Assembly (NCBI GenBank): GCA_045641425.1
Contig: JAZUGZ010000171.1
Span: 1-35,685 of the forward strand
Length of the DNA stretch: 35,685 nucleotides
Origin: Candidatus Fimenecus sp.
GTDB lineage: Bacteria; Bacillota; Clostridia; Oscillospirales; Acutalibacteraceae
Direction of reading: 5' to 3'
Each line of letters starts with the position of its first letter. Position 1 is the stretch's first letter. A program made the position numbers and the translations under genes. The notes under the pieces were generated by a model. The model was not told the DNA's origin and did not search any database. It was given only the letters and a program-made list of their open reading frames with translations. Positions 8,057 to 17,145 of the stretch are shown here, in pieces.

Positions 8057-8083
8057 AAGGCTACTGCTTAAACAGTAGCCTTT
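8057..8083 (-). terminator. Terminator-like hairpin at the end of the MATE gene
   Basis: AAAGGCTACTG / CAGTAGCCTTT stem overlaps the MATE stop codon (8068-8070). The downstream T-tract on the minus strand is weak. Confidence 0.4.
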
Positions 8084-9426
8084 TCAGTTCTAATATTCTT
8101 TTTTAAGTAGATTCGATAGAAAATAATTGAAAGTGCTGTTGCAGTGAGCCAGCCGACTGGCCAAGCAAGCCAAATTCCCGTTGCGCCAAGTGTAGTTGCC
8201 GACAAAATTTTAGCAAAAATCACACGCAAAATTAAATCTGTAAATGTTGCAAACATAAACTGCTTCATTTTGCCTGCGCCACGAAGTACGCCGTCGGCAA
8301 TAAGCTTTGTTGCAACAACAAAATAAAATGGGGAAATAATTTGCAAAATCCTTATACCAGTTGTCATTGCTGTGCCTTGCTCGTTTATGAAAACTCCTAC
8401 AAGGTACTTGCCAAAGAAGAAATAGAAAAATGAGAAAACTGCACCAATAATTATTACAAGCCTTGCACCTGCCTTAAAGCCAGGGTGAACACGGTCGGTC
8501 TTTTTAGCACCTAAATTTTGTGCCGTGTAATTTGACATACCTGTGCCAAGAGTATTAAACGAAGTAATAACTAAATTGTTAAGCTTAATTGAAGCAGAGT
8601 AACCTGCAATTACACCAGAGCCAAATGTATTGATAATACCTTGAATTACAATATTACCAACTGACACAAAGCTTTGCTGTAAAATGCTCGGTATTGCAAT
8701 TGCAGAAATTTTGCCAAGCAAACGCCACGAGAAAATTTTGCATTTTCCATTTGTTTTAATTTTTTTGAAGCGTTTGAACACGAAAAAGAGCGCTAAAATA
8801 CAGCTAACACCTTGACAAATAAATGTTGCCCACGCTACACCATCAACGCCACGAGTAAACACTGGTCTTAAAGCGGTAGTAAATAAAATATCCATAAAGA
8901 TATTTGAAACAGATGAACACATTAAGAAATAAAACGGAGTTTTTGAATCGCCAAGTGCTGAGAAAATTCCAGTTGCTACATTATAAAATAGCACAAAAGG
9001 AAAGCCTAAAATATAAATATCAAGATAAAGCTTTGAGTCTGACATTATATTTTCAGGTGTATTTATAAGGTGCAAAAGCCCATCGCCAAATATGTAACCT
9101 ATTGTCATTAACAAAAGGCACAAAATACCACTTGAAACAAATGTTGTATAAACGGCGGTTTTAAGGTCGTTATATTTTTTAGCACCAAAAAGACTTGAAA
9201 CAACAACCGAGCAACCAATATTACAACCAAAAGCAAATGCAATAAACACTAATGTGATTTCGTAACTGTTGCCAACTGCCGCTAAAGCGTCTTCCCCAAC
9301 AAAATTACCTGCAACAAAGCTGTCTGCAATATTATAAAGTTGTTGAAAAATTACGCTACCGAAAAGTGGTAAGCAAAATTTCCATAAAACCTTGCTCGGC
9401 TTGCCTACCGTTAAATCCTTGTTCAT
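8068..9426 (-). CDS. MATE family efflux transporter
   Basis: 452 aa with about 12 TMs. The N-terminal LTVGKPSKVLWKFCLPLFGSVIFQQLYNIADSFVAG is typical of the MATE/NorM family. Confidence 0.88.
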   Translation of the reverse strand: MNKDLTVGKPSKVLWKFCLPLFGSVIFQQLYNIADSFVAGNFVGEDALAAVGNSYEITLVFIAFAFGCNIGCSVVVSSLFGAKKYNDLKTAVYTTFVSSGILCLLLMTIGYIFGDGLLHLINTPENIMSDSKLYLDIYILGFPFVLFYNVATGIFSALGDSKTPFYFLMCSSVSNIFMDILFTTALRPVFTRGVDGVAWATFICQGVSCILALFFVFKRFKKIKTNGKCKIFSWRLLGKISAIAIPSILQQSFVSVGNIVIQGIINTFGSGVIAGYSASIKLNNLVITSFNTLGTGMSNYTAQNLGAKKTDRVHPGFKAGARLVIIIGAVFSFFYFFFGKYLVGVFINEQGTAMTTGIRILQIISPFYFVVATKLIADGVLRGAGKMKQFMFATFTDLILRVIFAKILSATTLGATGIWLAWPVGWLTATALSIIFYRIYLKKNIRTEKATV

Positions 9427-9445
9427 TTAATATCCTTCTTTGTGA

Positions 9446-9474
9446 CATAAAAATCCCCCGAGCAAAAGCTCGGG
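9446..9474 (-). terminator. Intrinsic terminator after the esterase gene
   Basis: Minus strand: CCCGAGC tttt GCTCGGG followed by GGATTTTTAT. Confidence 0.7.
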
Positions 9475-9483
9475 AGTGGTTTG

Positions 9484-10506
9484 TTAGTTCTTTGAAGCAA
9501 AATCTTGCCAAGCTGAGTCCGCTGAAAGCTTGCCACCATTTGAGAATTTTGCTTTAGCTGTGCTGTCGCCCTTAAGGTAAGCATCAAACCAAGAAACAAC
9601 ATATTCTGACACCTTATCAGGATTTGTCATACAAGTTGTGTGAACGCCACCTTTAAGCGAAGCATAAACTGCTCTGCCGGAAACGGCATCATAAGACGGC
9701 TTGCACCATTGTGAAGATACAACTATCATATCTGATGTGCCAGTAAGGAAAAGTGCCGGAGTTCTAAGTCCGTTTGCCTCTTCTGCTGACGAAGCGCCTG
9801 CAATTGAAACAATACATTTAATTCTTGAATCGGCCTGTGCAGCATTTACAGAGCTTCTGCCACCTTGTGAGTGACCTGTTGCACCAATTCTTACAGTGTC
9901 AACCTTACCATAAAAAACAGATGAAGAATTACCATTTTGACCTATTATGTAGTCAATTGAATTTCTTTGTGCTGTGCCGTCTGCTGTCATAACACTTGAG
10001 TCTGCAACAACAATGTAACCACTATCTGCAATTCTTTTAAGAAGCCCGTCATAAGTGTCGGTTGCACAGCCTGTGCCATTTGCCCAAACAACTACTGGAT
10101 ACTTTTTCTGTGATACAGTAATAGCCGCTGGGTAATAAACCTTTTTGTTACCATCAGTTAAAGTTTCAACACCTGTTGGAATTGCCTGTGTTGTAGTAGT
10201 TGCCATAACTTGTTGTGATGGCTGTAATGCAGTTGTGCTTTCAGAAGCTTGTACTGTTGTAGCCGTTGTTTCAGTTGCAGATTCTGTAACACTTTCTGTT
10301 TCAGTTTCTGATGTTGTTTCGCTAAAATCATCTGTGTAAATATCTTCAGAAGTATTTTCAACAGATTGTGAAGTCTCTTCTTCTGCCTTTTTATTATTTG
10401 ACTTAATTGCCTTAATGCCAAAAGCAGCACCTATAACAATTGCAATTCCTAAAACTACCGCAATAATTATTGATATTGCTTTATGTTCCTGAATCCATTC
10501 TCCCAT
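9484..10506 (-). CDS. Membrane-anchored extracellular alpha/beta hydrolase (lipase/cutinase/dienelactone-hydrolase-like esterase)
   Basis: N-terminal TM (AISIIIAVVLGIAIVIGAAFGI), a Ser/Thr/Glu-rich linker, then YPVVVWANGTG...GYIVVA and the nucleophile elbow GHSQGG. The track start is a TTG. I prefer ATG 10506, with GGGGG 8 nt upstream. Confidence 0.78.
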   Translation of the reverse strand: MGEWIQEHKAISIIIAVVLGIAIVIGAAFGIKAIKSNNKKAEEETSQSVENTSEDIYTDDFSETTSETETESVTESATETTATTVQASESTTALQPSQQVMATTTTQAIPTGVETLTDGNKKVYYPAAITVSQKKYPVVVWANGTGCATDTYDGLLKRIADSGYIVVADSSVMTADGTAQRNSIDYIIGQNGNSSSVFYGKVDTVRIGATGHSQGGRSSVNAAQADSRIKCIVSIAGASSAEEANGLRTPALFLTGTSDMIVVSSQWCKPSYDAVSGRAVYASLKGGVHTTCMTNPDKVSEYVVSWFDAYLKGDSTAKAKFSNGGKLSADSAWQDFASKN

Positions 10507-10523
10507 AATAAATACCCCCAAAT

Positions 10524-10934
10524 TTACTCTTTATAATTATTGTAAGCCTCGGTAACAGATTTACGTGCTTCGTCACGCTCGTTTGGATTTACCTGTGTTA
10601 TGAGCTTGTGAAGAACTGTTGCCGCTTCATCCTTTGAAAACTTGTCACTTTTAAGCAAAATTTCAGCAACAGTAATTGCTTCTTTAGCGGTAATCCATTC
10701 ACGCTCTGGCTTAATATAGAAATAAGTTTTTCTTGATTCGCTATAAGCAATAGCGTTATGAGTGCTATTTTCAGACTGTGCAATATAGTCACGAAGTGTG
10801 TGAATATCCCTTTTAATTGTTCTTGGCGAAACATTAAATTCGTTTGCAAGAGTGTCAACACTTACTTCGCTACCATCAATAAGCCTTTCGCTTATAGAAA
10901 GAAGTCTAAAGGTTTTTTCGTTTCTTTTAAGCAT
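10524..10934 (-). CDS. Small HTH-domain transcriptional regulator (DeoR/HTH_11-like N-terminus)
   Basis: LLSISERLIDGSEVSVDTLANEFNVSPRTIKRDIHTLRDYI is a winged HTH of the HTH_11/DeoR-N type. AGGGGA RBS before ATG 10934. Its stop lies 17 nt upstream of the esterase start. Confidence 0.65.
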   Translation of the reverse strand: MLKRNEKTFRLLSISERLIDGSEVSVDTLANEFNVSPRTIKRDIHTLRDYIAQSENSTHNAIAYSESRKTYFYIKPEREWITAKEAITVAEILLKSDKFSKDEAATVLHKLITQVNPNERDEARKSVTEAYNNYKE

Positions 10935-10953
10935 AAATTTTCCCCTTTTGTGC

Positions 10954-13008
10954 TTATATTGTGTTAGCGGCAACAGGTGTTTGAAGTGAATTTATCTTTT
11001 TCTTTACCTGTTTACCGATTTTAACATGTTCATCTTTTTGGAAATTTGGGTCTGTCATTATAATCTCAGCCGCTAATTCCCCAGCTTCACTAAGAATTTT
11101 TGAGTCTGTCATAAGGTCTGCTATTCTAAGCTTCGGCAAACCGTGTTGACGAGTACCAAAAAAATCGCCAGGGCCACGAAGTCGCAAATCTTCATCAGCA
11201 ACCTTAAAGCCGTCAGTAGTTGAACACATAACATTCATTCGAACGGCTGTGTCTTCGCCTTGCGAGTCGGTAACTAAAATACAAGTTGATTGTTCTTTGC
11301 CTCGACCAACTCGACCCCTTAACTGATGAAGCTGTGAAAGACCAAATCTTTCGGCATTTTCAATTACCATTATAACAGCATTTGGAACATCAACGCCAAC
11401 CTCAATTACAACTGTTGAAATTAAAAGCTGAATTTTGCCATTCTTAAAGTCGGTCATTATTTCGTCTTTCTTCTTTGGCGACATTTTACCATGAAGAAGC
11501 CCAACTGAATAGCCCTTAAATACTGTATCTTTTACTTTTTCGTAATATTCCTCAACATTTTGAACGCCAGAAATTACTTCACTTTCTTCAACAAGTGGGC
11601 AAACAATATAACCTTGAAGCCCTTTGTCAAGATGGCTCTTTATATAGTCAAACATACCTGCACGCTTTTTTGAAGAAACGGCATAGGTAACTGTTTTTTG
11701 CCTACCTGGTGGAAGCTCGTCAAGAATCGAAACATCTAAATCGCCAAACATTATAAGCGCAAGTGTTCTCGGAATTGGTGTTGCAGACATAACGTAAACA
11801 TGTGGATTTTCGCCCTTTGAGCAAAGTCCTGTTCTTTGCTTAACGCCAAATCGGTGTTGCTCATCAGTAATAACCAAACCAAGTCCCTTAAACTCAACAT
11901 CATCTTGAATAAGAGCGTGAGTACCGATTATTAAATCTATTTCGCCATTTTTAAGTCTTTGCTTTATGGCTTTTTTCTCACTTTGTTTAGTTGAACCAAC
12001 TAAAAGCTCGCATTTTATACCCGTGCCTTCAAAAAGGCGAGTAAATGTTTCAAAATGCTGAACCGCCAAAACTTCTGTTGGTGCCATTAAAGAAGATTGC
12101 ATTCCATTTTTAGCACAGGTATAAACAAGTGCTGCGGCAACACAAGTTTTACCACTACCAACATCGCCTTGCAAAAGTCTATTCATTTGCTTGCCACTTT
12201 GCATATCAAAAATTGCAGCACTTACTGCTTTTTTCTGTGCATTAGTTGGGTCGAAAGGTAAAAGTGAGAAAAATTCTTCTGAATAATCTTTTTTTACTGT
12301 ATTGTCAGTTTTCACAACCGAGTTTGCATCTTTAAGGCTCAATAAACTTAACTGCAAAACAAAAAGTTCATCAAAAATTAGTCGATTTCGAGCATTTTGT
12401 AAGCTCTCGGAGTCACTCGGAAAATGAATTTGCCTAATTGCAGTGTCAAGCGATACAAGCGAATATTTATTTAATATATATTCAGGTAAAATCTCGGGAA
12501 TTTCTGTTTTATCTTTAAGTGCTGTTTCAACAGCTGAGCGAATTTGCCTTGAAGTAATTTTTGTGTTTTGTGGGTAAATTGGTAAAATCGCCTTTGACTG
12601 CTCTGATTTAATAAACATTGGCGAAACCATTTCACGAGCGGCAAATTTACCAAGAGTAATTTTACCATAAAACAAATATTCTTCGCCTGACTTTAACATT
12701 GAAGAAATATATTTATTGTTAAAAAATGTAACAGATACAACATCATCGCCATCTGTAATTGAGCCCTTTGCAATTAACATTCCTCCACGAACTCGCTCGT
12801 TCTTTGGTGGATACAAAACAGTTGCTTTAATGCAAACATTTTCGCCAATAGGACAACGCTCAATCGGTAAAATATTACTCCAATCTTCATAGGCTCTTGG
12901 GTAAAACCTTAAAAGCTCGCCAACTGTGGACACACCCAAAGAGCGAAATCCGTCAGCGCGAACTTCACCCACACCTTTAAGTGTTCCAATGTCAGCCGAA
13001 AAGTTCAT
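10954..13008 (-). CDS. recG: ATP-dependent DNA helicase RecG
   Basis: 684 aa. Wedge-domain N-terminus, Walker A GDVGSGKT, DEQH box (ITDEQHRFG) and the C-terminal RGPGDFFGTRQHG (TRG motif). Confidence 0.95.
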   Translation of the reverse strand: MNFSADIGTLKGVGEVRADGFRSLGVSTVGELLRFYPRAYEDWSNILPIERCPIGENVCIKATVLYPPKNERVRGGMLIAKGSITDGDDVVSVTFFNNKYISSMLKSGEEYLFYGKITLGKFAAREMVSPMFIKSEQSKAILPIYPQNTKITSRQIRSAVETALKDKTEIPEILPEYILNKYSLVSLDTAIRQIHFPSDSESLQNARNRLIFDELFVLQLSLLSLKDANSVVKTDNTVKKDYSEEFFSLLPFDPTNAQKKAVSAAIFDMQSGKQMNRLLQGDVGSGKTCVAAALVYTCAKNGMQSSLMAPTEVLAVQHFETFTRLFEGTGIKCELLVGSTKQSEKKAIKQRLKNGEIDLIIGTHALIQDDVEFKGLGLVITDEQHRFGVKQRTGLCSKGENPHVYVMSATPIPRTLALIMFGDLDVSILDELPPGRQKTVTYAVSSKKRAGMFDYIKSHLDKGLQGYIVCPLVEESEVISGVQNVEEYYEKVKDTVFKGYSVGLLHGKMSPKKKDEIMTDFKNGKIQLLISTVVIEVGVDVPNAVIMVIENAERFGLSQLHQLRGRVGRGKEQSTCILVTDSQGEDTAVRMNVMCSTTDGFKVADEDLRLRGPGDFFGTRQHGLPKLRIADLMTDSKILSEAGELAAEIIMTDPNFQKDEHVKIGKQVKKKINSLQTPVAANTI

Positions 13009-13016
13009 AATTACTA

Positions 13017-14504
13017 CTATACTCCGTAATATAAGTCATAAGGGAAGCGTGAAAAATCCCCATGAAAATTATTTGATGTAAACACATAGCCCGTTCTAAA
13101 ACCAATTGGTACAAATGGATAGCTTGAAATAAAGCTTTCAAAAAATGCTTCATTACTAATTTTGCCGGCACGCATATTTGTGTATGCTTTTGCAACATTT
13201 TCACGGTCAATGCCTTCTACAAGCTTACCACTTTTAAGGAAAAATGGCGACAAATCAAGTGATTGGTCAAGCTTAATTTCGCCTAAATACATTTGATAAT
13301 TGCCAGACTCAATTCTTTCGCTGTAATCATCAAATGAAAGCGGTTTGACCTCAATGTAAAAGCCTGATTTATTTAATGCATCGGCTATTTCATAAGCAGC
13401 GGCAACTCTATATTTGTTATCATTATTAACAATAAGAGAGAACGAAAGAACATAAGCACCATTTGTAAGCGCCTTGCCAGCATACCTTGTGTAACCACAG
13501 CGATCAATTATGCTTGAAGCTGTTTTAAGGTCTGCTGTAAGGGGTATTGAAGAAAATTCTTTATTGCTTTGTGCATTTGGATTACAAGGAAGTTTGCAAG
13601 GGACCGCATGACCTTGATAGCTTTCTTCACAAATATCCTGTGCATCAATAATTAAAGCAATGGCAGAGCGAATATTTTTATCAAGTGCGCCCATATCGCT
13701 ATTTAAGCCAAGATAAATCATATTATTTAGGTCTGCAATTTCTGCATCTCCGTGTGACTGCTTATATTCACAGTCAGACAAATCACTAAAAAATACATCT
13801 GTGTTGCCAATTTTATAGGCATTGAAGGCTGTGTCTGCTGTGTTAATAGAAGTTAGACGGATATTTTCTTTATCTCCACTAACACTCACAAGTGAATTTT
13901 CATAAAAATAGTACTCGCCAAATCCTACTGGAATGTCACTTTCTAAATCTGCTGTGTCAGCCTTAACAATTGGGAATGTAAGCTTGCCGGCAATTAACTT
14001 GTCGGCAAATTTTGATGTAAATGTAACAGTATTTCCATATGCTTCAGCTGATTTTACTGTTAAAAGAGTGTCTTTATAGGCATAAGAGTTTTTGGCTTTG
14101 TTAAAAGAATAAACAACATCTGCCGCAGTAATTGCACTTGAGCCGTGACAACTAAGGCCTGACTTAATTCTAACTGTTGCTGTTTTGCCATCAACACTTA
14201 TGCTTTCGGCAACAACTGGAATTGGCTCATACTTTGAATTAACTGCAAAAAGCGACGAATACAAAAGCCTTGCTAAATAAAGGTTTTCATAGCTTTTAGC
14301 AAAAAACGGATTTATGCCATCTGCCTCATTAAATGGAAGCCTCACCGCACCCACAGTTGTAATAGCAGTTGTTTCCTGTTCAGTTGTATTTTCAACCTGC
14401 TCGGTTGTTGTTTCAGGAGTTTCATCTTCTGCCTTTTTTGAGCAAGCACTAAACAAAAGTGTGATTACAAGAAAAACAGAAATGATTTTTACTGCCTTTG
14501 TCAT
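13017..14504 (-). CDS. Lipoprotein, ABC-type substrate-binding protein family 5-like (orphan)
   Basis: Lipobox LLFSAC at residues 16-21. The ~495-aa size and sequence pattern resemble peptide/nickel-type SBPs (family 5). GAGGTGA RBS lies inside the end of ymdB. No permease or ATPase genes nearby. Confidence 0.65.
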   Translation of the reverse strand: MTKAVKIISVFLVITLLFSACSKKAEDETPETTTEQVENTTEQETTAITTVGAVRLPFNEADGINPFFAKSYENLYLARLLYSSLFAVNSKYEPIPVVAESISVDGKTATVRIKSGLSCHGSSAITAADVVYSFNKAKNSYAYKDTLLTVKSAEAYGNTVTFTSKFADKLIAGKLTFPIVKADTADLESDIPVGFGEYYFYENSLVSVSGDKENIRLTSINTADTAFNAYKIGNTDVFFSDLSDCEYKQSHGDAEIADLNNMIYLGLNSDMGALDKNIRSAIALIIDAQDICEESYQGHAVPCKLPCNPNAQSNKEFSSIPLTADLKTASSIIDRCGYTRYAGKALTNGAYVLSFSLIVNNDNKYRVAAAYEIADALNKSGFYIEVKPLSFDDYSERIESGNYQMYLGEIKLDQSLDLSPFFLKSGKLVEGIDRENVAKAYTNMRAGKISNEAFFESFISSYPFVPIGFRTGYVFTSNNFHGDFSRFPYDLYYGV

Positions 14505-14508
14505 TTTG

Positions 14509-15294
14509 TCACCTCACGGTTACACTTTCCGCATTTATACATTTACCGCTTGCACGGTCAACTGTGAAAACACAGCCTTGGAAAAAACAAGGTGTGTCTG
14601 CTGGTTCAAACATACTTGTAAATCCCGTGCTAAACTTTCTTATGATAATTTCCTTTTTAATTCCAAGAACTGATTCTTCAGGCCCAGTCATACCAACATC
14701 TGTAATGTAGCCAGTACCGCCTGAAAGCACAGTAGCGTCAGAAGTTTGAACATGAGTATGTGTGCCAAACACCCCTGACACTTTGCCGTCAAGAAAATAG
14801 CCTAATGCTTTTTTCTCACTTGTAGCTTCTGCGTGAAAATCTATAATAATTATATTTGTTTCCTGTTTTAGCTTTTCGATTATTTCTTCCGAGACTGTGA
14901 ATGGGCTTAAAAAACCGTCAGTCCAAGTTGTGCCTAAAAGGTTAATTACACCAACTTTATAAGCACCTTTGTCAATAATTCCGTATCCATTACCCGGTGT
15001 GCCCTCGCCATAGTTTGCAGGGCGAATAACTGAAAGAGAATTGTCTAAATAATCGTAAAATTCGCGACGACGAAGTGTGTGGTCGCCACCTGTAATAAAA
15101 TCTGCTCCTGCTGCAAAAATGCACTCACAGGACATTTTAAGCATGCCGTCACCATTAGCGGAATTTTCGCCGTTAACAATAACAACATCAATATTATTTT
15201 CTTTTTTGAATTTTGGAAGTGCAGACATTAAAAAGTCGCACCCAGGTTTTCTTACTACGTCACCTATGCAAAGAATTTTAATAGTTTCTGCCAT
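14509..15294 (-). CDS. ymdB: YmdB-family metallophosphoesterase (2',3'-cyclic-nucleotide phosphodiesterase-like)
   Basis: KILCIGDVVRKPG...VIVNGENSANGDG...GGDH...DFHAEATSEK...GTHTHVQT motif set. Conserved position directly downstream of rny. Confidence 0.9.
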   Translation of the reverse strand: MAETIKILCIGDVVRKPGCDFLMSALPKFKKENNIDVVIVNGENSANGDGMLKMSCECIFAAGADFITGGDHTLRRREFYDYLDNSLSVIRPANYGEGTPGNGYGIIDKGAYKVGVINLLGTTWTDGFLSPFTVSEEIIEKLKQETNIIIIDFHAEATSEKKALGYFLDGKVSGVFGTHTHVQTSDATVLSGGTGYITDVGMTGPEESVLGIKKEIIIRKFSTGFTSMFEPADTPCFFQGCVFTVDRASGKCINAESVTVR

Positions 15295-15324
15295 TAAAAC
15301 ACCGTTTCTATATGTAAATTTTTA

Positions 15325-15343
15325 CCCCGAGAAAATCTCGGGG
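15325..15343 (-). terminator. Hairpin between rny and ymdB (weak terminator or processing site)
   Basis: CCCCGAG / CTCGGGG 7-bp stem. On the minus strand it is followed by TAAAAATTT, which is not a clean T-tract, so read-through into ymdB is likely. Confidence 0.35.
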
Positions 15344-15352
15344 CATGAGTTT

Positions 15353-16906
15353 TTATTTTGCAAAGTCAATTGCTCTACTTTCACGAACAATATTAACTTT
15401 AATTTGACCTGGATATTCAAGCTCTTCTTCAATCTTCTTTGCAACGTCACGTGCAACAAGTACCATTTTTTCGTCTGATACTGAAACAGGGTCAACCATA
15501 ATTCTGATTTCACGACCTGCTTGAATTGCAAATGACTTTTCAACACCTTCAAATGATGTTGCGATTTCCTCAAGCTTTTCAAGACGCTTAATGTAGTTTT
15601 GAATATTTTCACGTCTTGCACCTGGTCTTGCAGCAGAGATTGCATCTGCAGCCTGAACTAAAACTGCAACAACAGTCTTTGCTTCAATTTCGCCGTGGTG
15701 AGCAGCAATTGCATGAACAATGCCGTCATGCTCTTTATATTTTTTAGCTGCTTCAACACCAAGCTCAATGTGTGAACCTTCAAATTCACGGTCAAGTGCC
15801 TTACCAATATCGTGAAGAAGACCTGCACGTTTAGCAGTTTTAACATCTGCACCGAGCTCAGCAGCCATAAGACCTGCGATGTATGAAACCTCAAGTGAGT
15901 GATTAAGTACATTTTGACCGTAGCTTGTACGATAACGAAGCTTACCAAGAAGCTTAACAAGCTCTGGATGAACGCCATTTACACCAGCGTCAATAACTGC
16001 ACGCTCACCAGTTTGTTTAATTGTATGTTCAACCTCACGCTTTGACTTTTCAAACATTTCTTCAATGCGTGCTGGGTGAATTCTGCCGTCTTGAATAAGC
16101 TTTTCAAGAGTGAGTCTTGCAACCTCACGGCGAACTGGGTCAAAGCTTGAAACTGTAATAGCTTCTGGTGTGTCGTGAATAATAAGGTCAACACCAGTAA
16201 TTTGCTCAAGAGTACGAATGTTTCTGCCTTCACGGCCAATAATTCTACCCTTCATTTCGTCGTTTGGAAGAGTAACTACTGAAACAGTAGCTTCAGCTGC
16301 GTGGTCTGCTGCGCAACGCTGAATTGCCGATGTAATGATTACACGAGCAAGCTCTTCGCATTCGTCACGAGTTTTCTGCTCGTATTCCATAATCTTAACA
16401 GCCTTGTCATGAGTAAGAGATTCTTCAAGCTCTTGAAGAAGCAATGCCTTTGCCTGTTCTTTGGTGTAGCCACTAACTTTTTCAAGGATTTCAAGCTGAC
16501 TTCTTTTAAGTCTGTCAAGCTCTTCAGCCTTTTCGTCTGCTACCTTTAATTTTTCAGCAAGTGTTTCTTCTTTTTTCTCGATGTTTGCTGACCTCTTATC
16601 AAGAGCTTCTTCTTTTTGGTCAATGCGCTTTTCTTGTCTTTGAACCTCTGCACGTCTTTCGCGAATTTCCTTATCGGCTTCGCTTCTTAACTTGTGTATT
16701 TCGTCTTTAGCTTCAAGAATAGATTCTTTTTTCTTGCTTTCAGCAGTCTGTACTGCTTGGTTAACAATTCTTAATGCTTCTTCATTTGCAGAGCCAATCT
16801 TTGCTTCAGCGACTTTTTTACGGTAAAGCCCGCCAACAACAAAGCCTAAAACTCCGAATACAACTGCAGAGGCTACGACAGCGATGATGAATGTAGTTGT
16901 ACTCAT
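15353..16906 (-). CDS. rny: Ribonuclease Y
   Basis: N-terminal TM, a long Lys/Glu-rich coiled coil, a KH domain ([12 protein letters not shown]) and an HD domain (HSLEV...LLHDIGK). AGGAGG RBS. Confidence 0.95.
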   Translation of the reverse strand: MSTTTFIIAVVASAVVFGVLGFVVGGLYRKKVAEAKIGSANEEALRIVNQAVQTAESKKKESILEAKDEIHKLRSEADKEIRERRAEVQRQEKRIDQKEEALDKRSANIEKKEETLAEKLKVADEKAEELDRLKRSQLEILEKVSGYTKEQAKALLLQELEESLTHDKAVKIMEYEQKTRDECEELARVIITSAIQRCAADHAAEATVSVVTLPNDEMKGRIIGREGRNIRTLEQITGVDLIIHDTPEAITVSSFDPVRREVARLTLEKLIQDGRIHPARIEEMFEKSKREVEHTIKQTGERAVIDAGVNGVHPELVKLLGKLRYRTSYGQNVLNHSLEVSYIAGLMAAELGADVKTAKRAGLLHDIGKALDREFEGSHIELGVEAAKKYKEHDGIVHAIAAHHGEIEAKTVVAVLVQAADAISAARPGARRENIQNYIKRLEKLEEIATSFEGVEKSFAIQAGREIRIMVDPVSVSDEKMVLVARDVAKKIEEELEYPGQIKVNIVRESRAIDFAK

Positions 16907-17012
16907 CGTCGTACCTCCTAAATGTTATTTAATTTCAAATATATTAAGATATATCGTATTGAAATTAGGATGATAGAAAGAAAAACAGTTTTTCCCTTTT
17001 ACTATCCCTTAT

Positions 17013-17041
17013 ATTCTAATAAAAAATCGTCTTTATGTCAA
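17013..17041 (-). promoter_or_regulatory. Sigma-A-type promoter candidate for rny
   Basis: Minus strand: TTGACA (17041-17036), a 17-nt spacer, then TAGAAT (17018-17013). This implies a leader of roughly 100 nt. Confidence 0.5.
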
Positions 17042-17104
17042 GATTTATTATTCAAAATATGAAAAATATACTATATATTGCGGTTCTATTTTTGTTAATT
17101 GGCA

Positions 17105-17131
17105 TAAAAAATCGGCAGAAAACTCTGCCGA
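17105..17131 (-). terminator. Intrinsic terminator after the LRR lipoprotein gene
   Basis: Minus strand: TCGGCAGA gttt TCTGCCGA followed by TTTTTTAT. Confidence 0.75.
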
Positions 17132-17145
17132 CAATTTTTAATGTT

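Noticed and set aside
10145-10430. Repetitive-looking DNA and two overlapping small ORFs that might be a tandem repeat or an array
   Set aside because: This is the Ser/Thr/Glu-rich linker of the esterase (ETTSETETESVTESATETTATT...). It is codon-level low complexity with no defined unit length or spacers, so it is neither a CRISPR array nor a true tandem repeat.
10954-13008. Large SF2 helicase as a possible defence-system component
   Set aside because: It has the full canonical RecG architecture (wedge domain, DEQH box, TRG motif) in a housekeeping context, with no nuclease, methylase or other defence partner.
15322-16239. Chain of minus-strand ORFs (107, 106 and 86 aa) in another frame inside rny
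   Set aside because: They are Leu/Lys/Gln-rich products of the shifted frame of a Lys/Glu-rich coiled-coil coding region. The rny frame is intact and full length.
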